Positions 37,110 to 48,440 of a DNA stretch of 48,695 nt are shown here, piece by piece (position 1 is the stretch's first letter; the number at the start of each line of letters is the position of its first letter). A model generated the notes under the pieces. The model searched no databases, was not told the DNA's origin, and saw only the letters and a list, made by a program, of their open reading frames with translations. The stretch lies in sequence record SRR31156797_7961; one strand, 5' to 3'. Both the position numbers and the translations under genes were made by a program.

Positions 37110-37868
37110 ATGACGAGCTGCAAGCTGCTGGTTTATTACCAAAACGATTTTCAAATTTTTTCCGGATCAATTACTCAGGAATCTCCTCTTACAGTCCAGA
37201 TAAGCGATTTCAGCGCAGAGGATTACATCTGCACCAAGCTGAAATGGTATGATGATCTTGTTACTAATTACGCAGAAGTTGAAATAACTAATATTGACGG
37301 TGATTTACTTACAATGAGTATCTCATCTGATGTATCTAAATCTGAAGACAGCACACACTTTATTGAGTTTGTTGATTATTTCGAAGCGACTAAAATCACT
37401 CCAGAAAACTCAGGCGAACTGAAATATCGTGTTGATAAGATAAATACCCGGTTCAGAAGCTCTCTGACTAATCAGATAAAGAAGATGCTTACCGACGAAA
37501 CACTTACTAACCAGTATATGTTTAAGATGCTTATACAGCTTGATGAAAAGCTCGGCGAGCTACTAGACAACCTGAAAGAAGATGAACCCATTGCTGGAAT
37601 TCAAGATAGTAAAATGCTCAGCCTTGGCGGTTCAGGGCTATCTTTTGTGTATGAGGGTGATGTCTCTGTTGGTGATGAGATATACATCCAGTCGATGCCG
37701 AAAACCGGCTCAGGGCTTAACTTTGCCGCAATATGTAATGTAACTGATATAATTAAAGATAGAATAATTGAAGCAAGCTTCTCTTACATAGACGAAAGCA
37801 CCAAAGAGAGTGTCATACACCACATCTTTCAAAAGGAGAGGGAGCAGCTTAAAAGGAGCCGTGGCTAA
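37110..37868 (+). CDS. Degenerate PilZ-like domain protein
   Basis: LDEKLGELL helix, SLGGSGLSF, C-terminal ESVIHHIFQKEREQLK helix. Confidence 0.6.
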   Translation: MTSCKLLVYYQNDFQIFSGSITQESPLTVQISDFSAEDYICTKLKWYDDLVTNYAEVEITNIDGDLLTMSISSDVSKSEDSTHFIEFVDYFEATKITPENSGELKYRVDKINTRFRSSLTNQIKKMLTDETLTNQYMFKMLIQLDEKLGELLDNLKEDEPIAGIQDSKMLSLGGSGLSFVYEGDVSVGDEIYIQSMPKTGSGLNFAAICNVTDIIKDRIIEASFSYIDESTKESVIHHIFQKEREQLKRSRG

Positions 37869-38458
37869 TGGATCCTATGACTCTTATCGGTATAGCATTT
37901 TTGCTCATATGCGTACTTTTTATCTTTCTGCTTGTTGTGGTTTCCAAAATTAATAAATTCCACAGAAAAGTCGCAGACGTTAACCCGCAGGATCTTTATC
38001 CTTTTATGGAGGAGATGCGCGAACTTGTCATGGAGAGTGAACGTGTGGCTGATAAGCTCGAAGATGCTGTCAGACAGAAAGAGGAGATGCTCGAGGATCT
38101 CTCAGCGCTCGTTGATGAAAAACTTAAAAGATTCGAAATGATCGACGATATCCCTGATACTGAGATAGGGTATACCCCACCGGTAAAGGATGAGGAAGAT
38201 ATCTACGAATCACAGCATACATATAACCCTATTCCTCAAACACCAAAAGAGGCTGAACCTAGCGTTGAGCCTAAGATAGAGATTGATGATCTTGAGCTAG
38301 ACGATACACACTCCCCTCAAACTTTCGAAGAGCAGGGTATAAGTATTCGTGAACAGATAGCCGATATGATAGAGATAGGAATGGAAGACAGCGAGATTGC
38401 TAAGCAGCTCGGTGTATCCGTTACAGAAGTACAGATAGTAAAGAGAATGGATATCTGA
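37868..38458 (+). CDS. Membrane-anchored coiled-coil protein with C-terminal HTH-like motif (DUF2802/SwrB-like architecture)
   Basis: N-terminal TM, coiled coil, acidic linker, GMEDSEIAKQLGVSVTEVQIV. Confidence 0.7.
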   Translation: MDPMTLIGIAFLLICVLFIFLLVVVSKINKFHRKVADVNPQDLYPFMEEMRELVMESERVADKLEDAVRQKEEMLEDLSALVDEKLKRFEMIDDIPDTEIGYTPPVKDEEDIYESQHTYNPIPQTPKEAEPSVEPKIEIDDLELDDTHSPQTFEEQGISIREQIADMIEIGMEDSEIAKQLGVSVTEVQIVKRMDI

Positions 38459-38459
38459 T

Positions 38460-39584
38460 ATGAACATCTTCTGGCCGGAAGGCCTGAAACAGCTTGCAGA
38501 TAAGGGTGAAATTAGCTTTAAAGACGGCGAACGCCTTAATCTGAATGTTGTGCGCAAGATGAACAACGGCATGTATCTTATCAACTTGAAAGGTAAATCA
38601 TTCACAGCTCAACTTGAAACAGAGCCGCAGGGGAAAACTGTCCGTGCAGAAGTTATCAAAACTGAAAACGGAACCCTTCAGCTAAAAATTATTCCAAAAG
38701 CTGAAAACAGCTCCAACCCTATCCAGGTCACTACTACAACTACTCAGTCCGGTAAGCAACAGCTAAATTTTCAGCTCCCGCAGGGAACCATTGAAGCTAA
38801 ACCTGGTGAAAAGGTCGAAATTCAGATCCTTAAAACATTAGAGAACGGTAAAACCCTTATAGCTGTTAAAAATAACCTATTTGAAGTAAAAATGGAGCCT
38901 AGCCTCCTTAAGAATATATCAGCAGAAGTTATTAAAGCTGAAAACGGGTCTATAGAGCTTGTAGCTGATAAGATCCCACTTCAAAATGTAAACAGTAACT
39001 TTGTTAAGCAGGAAGTCGGAACTTTTGACCTCGCTAAACTTATGAAAGCTTTTGGAAAATTCCAACAGCTAGATATGAAGTCCCTCACACCGGAATCGCT
39101 TAAGACGGCCATCAAAAACTCCGGACTGTTTATGGAAAATAAGCTTCTGAACAATGAGAGCATGGCTGGTGATGAGAAAGCCCGTGCATATATGGGCTCT
39201 GATAACACCGCAAGGGAGGGGATAACAAGGATGCAGGTTGCAAACATGCTTCTCGCTGGCGGACTTCTCACTTTCCTTAAAACCGAAGATGAAGCTATAG
39301 ACGACACATACATGCGTATGAAAAAAGATGACAAAGGTAATAATACTCTGTATGTCTCCACAAGTTTCTCACAGCTTGGTGATACATTTATGATAATCAG
39401 ACGCCATAACAACTTTAATGATGTGATGGTCAAAACGGAAGCTGACATCTCTGAGAATCTAAAAAAAATAGAGATTGAAAACACACGCATACACTGGGTA
39501 AAATATAACCCGAAAGACCTTGAGACAATGGACGTTAAAAAAGATATCGTATTCAATATGGGAAATTTTGAGGTAATAATCTGA
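38460..39584 (+). CDS. FliK-like flagellar accessory protein with duplicated N-terminal beta domain
   Basis: SGLFMENKL motif, C-terminal FSQLGDTFMII resembling FliK_C; internal repeat. Confidence 0.55.
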   Translation: MNIFWPEGLKQLADKGEISFKDGERLNLNVVRKMNNGMYLINLKGKSFTAQLETEPQGKTVRAEVIKTENGTLQLKIIPKAENSSNPIQVTTTTTQSGKQQLNFQLPQGTIEAKPGEKVEIQILKTLENGKTLIAVKNNLFEVKMEPSLLKNISAEVIKAENGSIELVADKIPLQNVNSNFVKQEVGTFDLAKLMKAFGKFQQLDMKSLTPESLKTAIKNSGLFMENKLLNNESMAGDEKARAYMGSDNTAREGITRMQVANMLLAGGLLTFLKTEDEAIDDTYMRMKKDDKGNNTLYVSTSFSQLGDTFMIIRRHNNFNDVMVKTEADISENLKKIEIENTRIHWVKYNPKDLETMDVKKDIVFNMGNFEVII

Positions 39585-40768
39585 TGCAGTTAGACATAGC
39601 CACTATAAAGCAGTTTTTAATAGATACATCTGAGTTTTCTCTCACTTTCGCTGCTGCGATACTGAGTTATTTCCTTGTCAAAAAAGTCCTTATAAGAGTT
39701 ATCAACACTTTCCTCAAAAAGACTAAAAACAAGCTCGACGATATACTGATTGAGTCAAAAATATTCAATCTACTCGCTTTTATAGCTCCGGCACTCGTTA
39801 TCATCTACTCAAAAGATATTATTAACATGCCTACAGAGCTGACTCAGGTACTCTCTGCCTATATAGGTCTTAATATAACATTCGTAATTATCAGATTATG
39901 CACAGTTGTTAACTCTGTTTATAATACTTTTCAAATAGCATCAACCAGACCTATCAAAGGCTATATTCAGCTCTTTCAGGTGATTATCGGATTCCTCGGT
40001 GTTGTGGCATCTGTTTATGTCGCTATGGGTAAATCTCCGCTCGGTTTCATAAGCGGTCTGGGGGCTATGACAGCCATACTTATGCTTATTTTCCGTGAGA
40101 CTATCCTTTCATTTATCGCCGGTATGCAGATAATGTTTAACGACCTTATCCATAAAGGCGACTGGATAGAGGTTCCTAGATTTGGTGCAGATGGTGACGT
40201 TATAGACATCGCCCTTTACACTGTAACTGTGCAGAACTTTGACAAAACTGTTGTATCGATACCCACCAGCAGACTCCTTGACGGCTCATTTAAAAACTGG
40301 CGTGGAATGAAGGAAGCTGGCGGAAGGCGTATAAAACGGTCTATAAATATTGACCAGACTTCTGTAAAATTCCTTAATAACGAAGAGATAAGCAGGTTTA
40401 AAAAAATTAAACTTATTAGCAGCTATATTGATAGTAAGCTGCATGAAGACATAGACCCAAACGGAGCTGATATTAATAAGAGGAAGCTCACTAATCTAGG
40501 TACTTTCAGAGCTTATATTGTAAATTATCTTAAAAACCATAAAGATACACGCAATGATATGACGTTGCTTGTGAGACAGCTCCCGCCTAGCCCTGACGGT
40601 CTTCCGATAGAGATTTATGTCTTTACAGAGACAACAGACTGGGAGCTTTACGAAGGTATTCAGGCGGATATATTCGATCACCTTCTCGCTGCTGTTAATG
40701 ATTTTGACCTTAAGGTTTTTCAGCATCCGGCAGGAAGTGATTTAAATAAACTAGTATCAAGTTCCTGA
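39584..40768 (+). CDS. MscS-family mechanosensitive channel (YbdG-like)
   Basis: GLGAMTAILMLIF, GDWIEVPRFGADGDV, VQNFDKT, NWRGM..GGRRIKRS. Confidence 0.93.
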   Translation: MQLDIATIKQFLIDTSEFSLTFAAAILSYFLVKKVLIRVINTFLKKTKNKLDDILIESKIFNLLAFIAPALVIIYSKDIINMPTELTQVLSAYIGLNITFVIIRLCTVVNSVYNTFQIASTRPIKGYIQLFQVIIGFLGVVASVYVAMGKSPLGFISGLGAMTAILMLIFRETILSFIAGMQIMFNDLIHKGDWIEVPRFGADGDVIDIALYTVTVQNFDKTVVSIPTSRLLDGSFKNWRGMKEAGGRRIKRSINIDQTSVKFLNNEEISRFKKIKLISSYIDSKLHEDIDPNGADINKRKLTNLGTFRAYIVNYLKNHKDTRNDMTLLVRQLPPSPDGLPIEIYVFTETTDWELYEGIQADIFDHLLAAVNDFDLKVFQHPAGSDLNKLVSSS

Positions 40769-40783
40769 TGTTTTTACCGATTA
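40757..40783 (+). promoter_or_regulatory. Putative sigma28 (FliA) promoter
   Basis: TCAAGTTC-N11-ACCGATTA versus consensus TAAAGTTT-N11-GCCGATAA, 32 nt upstream of the ATG at 40816. Confidence 0.55.
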
Positions 40784-40815
40784 GTACATTTGAATATTTC
40801 TGGAGTGTATAATTT

Positions 40816-42510
40816 ATGTTTGGCAGTAGAAAACATACCGTTACCGTTACAAACAGCGGGCAGGTACTTGAAGTAAAAAATGGAACAAATCTCTATCAGC
40901 TCTTGAGAGAGAATGAACTTATAGAAAAAAAACTTTGTGACGGAAGTGGACAGTGCGGAAAATGCAAGGTTCAAGTTAAAGGTAACTCTGTCAACAAACC
41001 TAATAAAAAAGAGCGTTTGGTTCTTGCTGACCAATCACTCGATGCTGGTATGCGCCTAGCTTGCCAGTATGCTATTAAATCCAGCATTACTGTGGACACA
41101 CAGCAGGCTGCTAAATTCGAAAATATAAACCCCGGCATAGTTAGCCTTACTATTAAAAATAGCGACGGCGAAGTCGAAGAGAATGAATTCAAAAGTTTCC
41201 TCACCACAGACATGTTCATCAAAGAGGCGGAAGAGAGAGAGGAGACTAAGCTTGAAGAGATATTAGCTGACGATAATGAGCCTAAAGTAATAGAAGATTT
41301 CAGTGACGAAGTTATCGTGGACGACCTTGTTTACGATGAGCGTCCTATCGAAGAGATAACAGGCGGGCATCAGGAAACTATTGAGATTGTTAAGTATAAC
41401 AGCTCTGAGCAAGAGAGCGAATCATCCTCATTTAGTAATGACGGACTGCTTTTTATCCAGCAGCCTGATTCCATCCGTTATTACCACTTCAGCGCAGGGA
41501 TAGGCAATGTCGTTGATGACGGTGCTATCAAAACTGAGGAAAAACTAGAAAACATACTTGAGAGTCAACTGATTTCAGATTTTATACATAATAACCTTCA
41601 GGTTCAGGATATCGAAAGGGTGATAGTCATCCTTGATAAGCCATACTTTGAGGGTGATGTTATGTTCGACCTTGTTAAATATACATCTATGGAGCTTGGC
41701 GATCTGTTAGTTGAAGTTCTCCAGCCGAAGGAGAACCATAGAGACCTTGTACGCTTCATGCGCTTTGTGAACCAAACACCTGGCAAGAAGCTCCTTATAC
41801 CGCTTGATAACCTTGAGAAGGCACACTTTATGGATGATGGCGATCTGCACGATATGTCTGCCGGATTCATAGATTGCGACTCACTCTTTGGCATGAGCGA
41901 GTTTCAGGGTAAAAACCCTATCGTCTCAATAAGTAAAAACCTGCTGGAGACAACTGTTAAGGATGATTTTCATCAGCCGGACTCTATCTCTTTCACAGTA
42001 TTTTTCAGAACAGCATCGCTCCTTGTTAAAAATGGGATAGCTAATAAACATTTACAAATGTATGATAGGGCAGATGTTATGGACGATGTTCCGCTTGAGC
42101 TGACTGTTAAGCTGAGCACTAAGGATGGAGTTAAGAGGTTCAATATATACCGCAAGCAGGGAGTTGACCTTTTCATAGATCAGAATGCTCTCAACAGCCT
42201 GCATCAGTTAAGATCTTTCATACACTCGGTTATTACCTATACTGAGAAAAAGTTCGGGCATATTGATGATGTTGTTTTCTATACACTGACAGACAGTAAC
42301 ACCCTTGCTGATGATCTCATATCGCTTTCGGCTATACCTAAAAAGTATGAAAAGAAGGTTAAAACATTTTTCGGTGATCCGACAATGTTTGCTGTGCAGT
42401 TCTTTCAGGAGAAAAATATCGGGACTTATTTTGAAAAACGTTTCGGTGAGCAGAATATAATCGATCTGATGAAAGATGAGTTATTCATAGAAGCCCAACG
42501 CCAAAGCTAG
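40816..42510 (+). CDS. 2Fe-2S ferredoxin-domain protein with degenerate RACo/ASKHA-like body
   Basis: CDGSGQCGKC...RLACQ 2Fe-2S motif; C-terminal pattern resembling RACo. Confidence 0.75.
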   Translation: MFGSRKHTVTVTNSGQVLEVKNGTNLYQLLRENELIEKKLCDGSGQCGKCKVQVKGNSVNKPNKKERLVLADQSLDAGMRLACQYAIKSSITVDTQQAAKFENINPGIVSLTIKNSDGEVEENEFKSFLTTDMFIKEAEEREETKLEEILADDNEPKVIEDFSDEVIVDDLVYDERPIEEITGGHQETIEIVKYNSSEQESESSSFSNDGLLFIQQPDSIRYYHFSAGIGNVVDDGAIKTEEKLENILESQLISDFIHNNLQVQDIERVIVILDKPYFEGDVMFDLVKYTSMELGDLLVEVLQPKENHRDLVRFMRFVNQTPGKKLLIPLDNLEKAHFMDDGDLHDMSAGFIDCDSLFGMSEFQGKNPIVSISKNLLETTVKDDFHQPDSISFTVFFRTASLLVKNGIANKHLQMYDRADVMDDVPLELTVKLSTKDGVKRFNIYRKQGVDLFIDQNALNSLHQLRSFIHSVITYTEKKFGHIDDVVFYTLTDSNTLADDLISLSAIPKKYEKKVKTFFGDPTMFAVQFFQEKNIGTYFEKRFGEQNIIDLMKDELFIEAQRQS

Positions 42511-42520
42511 GGCTTCGAGC

Positions 42521-42655
42521 CATATCACTAGGTCAAGGAATTAACTTTAGATATCTAACTTTCCGCTTCCCGATGGTCAGCTTTTAACACTATCAGACGA
42601 ACAGCGTGAGGCGAAAAGAAAGGATATTTAGATCATCAACCCACTTAGTGATATG
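42521..42655. ncRNA. Candidate structured RNA (long interrupted rod), family unknown
   Basis: Four nested helices fill the convergent intergenic gap; closing stem CATATCACTA/TAGTGATATG. Confidence 0.45.
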
Positions 42656-42658
42656 CCA

Positions 42659-43024
42659 CTAGTCGCCGACTAGTTGGTTGAGGGCATTTTCAAGATCAGC
42701 CGCACGAACAGGCTTATTAAGGTACTGGATAGCACCGTGATCAGATGTTTGCTTGTAGGATTTGTAAGATCCGAAAGCTGTAATGACTATCTTATTTGAA
42801 GTGTTACCTTCTTCATCTAGCTTTTCAATAAACTCTACACCGTTCATTTTAGGCATGTGCAAATCAGTAATGATTATGTCGTAATCGATAGCAGTCGCTT
42901 TTGCCAGCCCTTCAACACCATCAGCGGCCATATCAACTTCGTGCCCGCCCATTTTAAGTATTTCAGCGTAGCCTACTCTTGTATGTTCTTCGTCATCAAC
43001 GACTAATATCTTATATTCCTGCAT
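42659..43024 (-). CDS. Single-domain response regulator (REC only)
   Basis: LVVDDE, ITDLHMPKMNG, ITAFG, YLNKPV; starts 2 nt after hfq-like stop. Confidence 0.92.
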   Translation of the reverse strand: MQEYKILVVDDEEHTRVGYAEILKMGGHEVDMAADGVEGLAKATAIDYDIIITDLHMPKMNGVEFIEKLDEEGNTSNKIVITAFGSYKSYKQTSDHGAIQYLNKPVRAADLENALNQLVGD

Positions 43025-43026
43025 CT

Positions 43027-43542
43027 CTATCTCTCATTTTCGTATTTAATAATCTCGCCGTGCTGATAAATAGGGAATACCGTAGAAACAGTATTTTTAT
43101 ATACCAACTGCTGTCTCCCTTCGAACGCTGTAAGGAGGGTGTAGTTATCAAAACCTATAAGGCTTCCTCTGATCTTTACGCCATTAATTAGGAAGCTAAT
43201 TATCGGCGACCTAGACTTACGCACTTCGTTTAGAAATATATCCTGCATAGGCGGACGTGAGTGTCTCGGCTGTCTTCCCTGATGGGCGTTATAGTATATC
43301 TTTGAAATAAAGTCTATATCTACCACAGTTTTAGCTGCTGCTACAGTAGCGATATCATTTTTATTAAGCAGTATCTTCATCTCTGCATCATCAATTATTA
43401 TATGATACTGATCAAAATCTTCCACGCGACCTCTGAACCTCTCCTTATTTTTCATAATGAACATAAGGGGGATCTTTTTTGTACGTGCATTATGCATAAA
43501 AACAAATTCTATCTGCGCATGAAATGTTGATGTGTTATCCAT
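43027..43542 (-). CDS. hfq: Tandem (double Sm-domain) Hfq-like RNA chaperone
   Basis: C-domain QDIFLNEVRK...FLINGVKIRG..GFDNY...QQLVYKNTVSTVFP; N-domain a degenerate copy; ATG 43542 with AGGA SD preferred over TTG 43548. Confidence 0.88.
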   Translation of the reverse strand: MDNTSTFHAQIEFVFMHNARTKKIPLMFIMKNKERFRGRVEDFDQYHIIIDDAEMKILLNKNDIATVAAAKTVVDIDFISKIYYNAHQGRQPRHSRPPMQDIFLNEVRKSRSPIISFLINGVKIRGSLIGFDNYTLLTAFEGRQQLVYKNTVSTVFPIYQHGEIIKYENER

Positions 43543-43934
43543 AATCAAGTTTCCTAATAATAGTGCTACTATGTAGCTGTTTAATTGATTATAAAGTGTT
43601 TAATGCTGTTGACAAGTTTTAATTTTGTCCACGGATGTTTAGTGCCAATTTAACCTGTTAGTATTATTTGTTTAAAATGTTAATTCTTCAGTGTTAAATT
43701 TCAACATTTTAATATTCTTTTAATTGCTTAATAAATTTATAAAAAAATCGTTCTCAACAATTTCAAGATACCCTATTACTACTACAACTAACTTTATAAT
43801 ATAATACTAATATTTACACTCATCAAATAGAGTAAATATCATTGACATAACTGATCAAAATTGCTTGTAAACAATAAATAAATAGCCTATTATTAATAAA
43901 GCTATATTTATAATATTATTTATAAGAGGTCACT
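43535..43934. other. Probable chromosomal replication origin (oriC)
   Basis: Very AT-rich; DnaA-box-like 9-mers TTATCCATA 43535, TGTTGACAA 43607, TTGTCCACG 43625, TTCTCAACA 43751; DnaA-trio run CTATTACTACTACAACTA 43773-43790; directly upstream of dnaN. Confidence 0.8.
43865..43893 (+). promoter_or_regulatory. Possible sigma70 promoter of dnaN operon
   Basis: TTGTAA-17 nt-TATTAT; chance matches are likely in such AT-rich DNA. Confidence 0.35.
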
Positions 43935-45040
43935 ATGCGTTTTAAGGCCGTAAAAGATGAGATATATCCATTCATACAATTTGCTAACAGTTTCACAAGC
44001 CCTAAGAATCTGAATACTGTTTTGCAAAATATTCTTATTGATGCAGAGAGCGATGGTATCACACTTAGGTCCACTGACATGCAGGTTGGTTTTTCAGGTA
44101 AGGTTGAAGTCAATGTCGAAGAGACAGGAACTGCAACTGTATCAGGAAAGAAACTATTAGATATTATAAAAGAAATACCTGACGGATCTGTTATAGATTT
44201 CTCTTTCGACGGCTCTAAGATCAATATAGATTCAGGAAAATCAAATTTTAAGCTCTCTACTATCAGCCATGAAATATTTCCTACTATGGCTGAGATTACT
44301 CCTGAATACTACCTTAAGATCAAATCTAATCTCGTTTATGATCTCCTTAAGAAGACCAGCTTCTGTATCTCAACTGATGCATCTAAGATAGAATATACTG
44401 GCTCTCATATGGCTGTTTACGGCGATAAGCTCGAGATATCTGCTGCTGACTTTCAGAGAATAGCTACTAGCAGCATCTCTTTTGACGAAGAATACTCTAA
44501 TGAATTTATGATCAATATCCCTCGTAAGACTGTTATGGAACTTATGAAAATACTTGATCAGGCTGAATATATAGAAATAGAGACTGACAGAAAGCAGATT
44601 GTTTTTACAATCGGTAATGTAAAAATATTCAGTAAGCTTATAGAAAAATATATTAAGAGCATAACTAAACTGTTCACCAATGAAATGCCTCTGCAAGCTA
44701 AGCTTAACAGGGCAGAATTCCTTGATGTTATTAAGAGAGTATCTGCTATCACAAGTGAAGTCACTCACGGCGTTGTTCTCTCATTTAAGCCAGGAACACT
44801 TACAGTTTACTCACTCGAAACAGAATATGGTACTGGTAATGAATCTATTGATGATTTCGAATATAACGGCGAACCGCTTGATATTATCTTTAATGCTAAG
44901 CATGTCGCTGAAATGATTTCAAATATAGACTCTGATTACTTCCACCTCAACATGGTCGGTGAAAGAAACCCTGCAGTAATTTTACCTGAAAGTGGTGAGT
45001 ATAAATATCTTGTAGTTCCTATCTCCATTAACAGGTACTA

Positions 45041-45041
<1 letters not shown>
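43935..45041 (+). CDS. dnaN: DNA polymerase III beta sliding clamp
   Basis: 368 aa, VLQNILI, STDMQ, IPRKTVMEL, IIFNAKH, C-terminal YLVVP; precedes recF-gyrB. Confidence 0.93.
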
Positions 45042-48431
<3,390 letters not shown>

Positions 48432-48440
48432 GTGGAATAA

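Noticed and set aside
40806-40813. TATAAT upstream of the 2Fe-2S gene as a sigma70 -10
   Set aside because: Only 2 nt before the ATG and between the SD and start; a TSS would fall inside the ORF
42490-42655. Intergenic structure as a c-di-GMP riboswitch, SRP RNA, tRNA or RNase P
   Set aside because: The hallmark motifs of these families are not present, and it lies between convergent gene ends rather than in a 5' leader
42658-42674. Palindrome ACTAGTCG-C-CGACTAGT at the receiver gene end
   Set aside because: Near-zero loop, no U-tract, inside the CDS; cannot support a terminator or operator call
43633-43648. TGGCAC on minus strand as a sigma54 promoter for hfq
   Set aside because: The -12 position reads ATCC rather than TTGC
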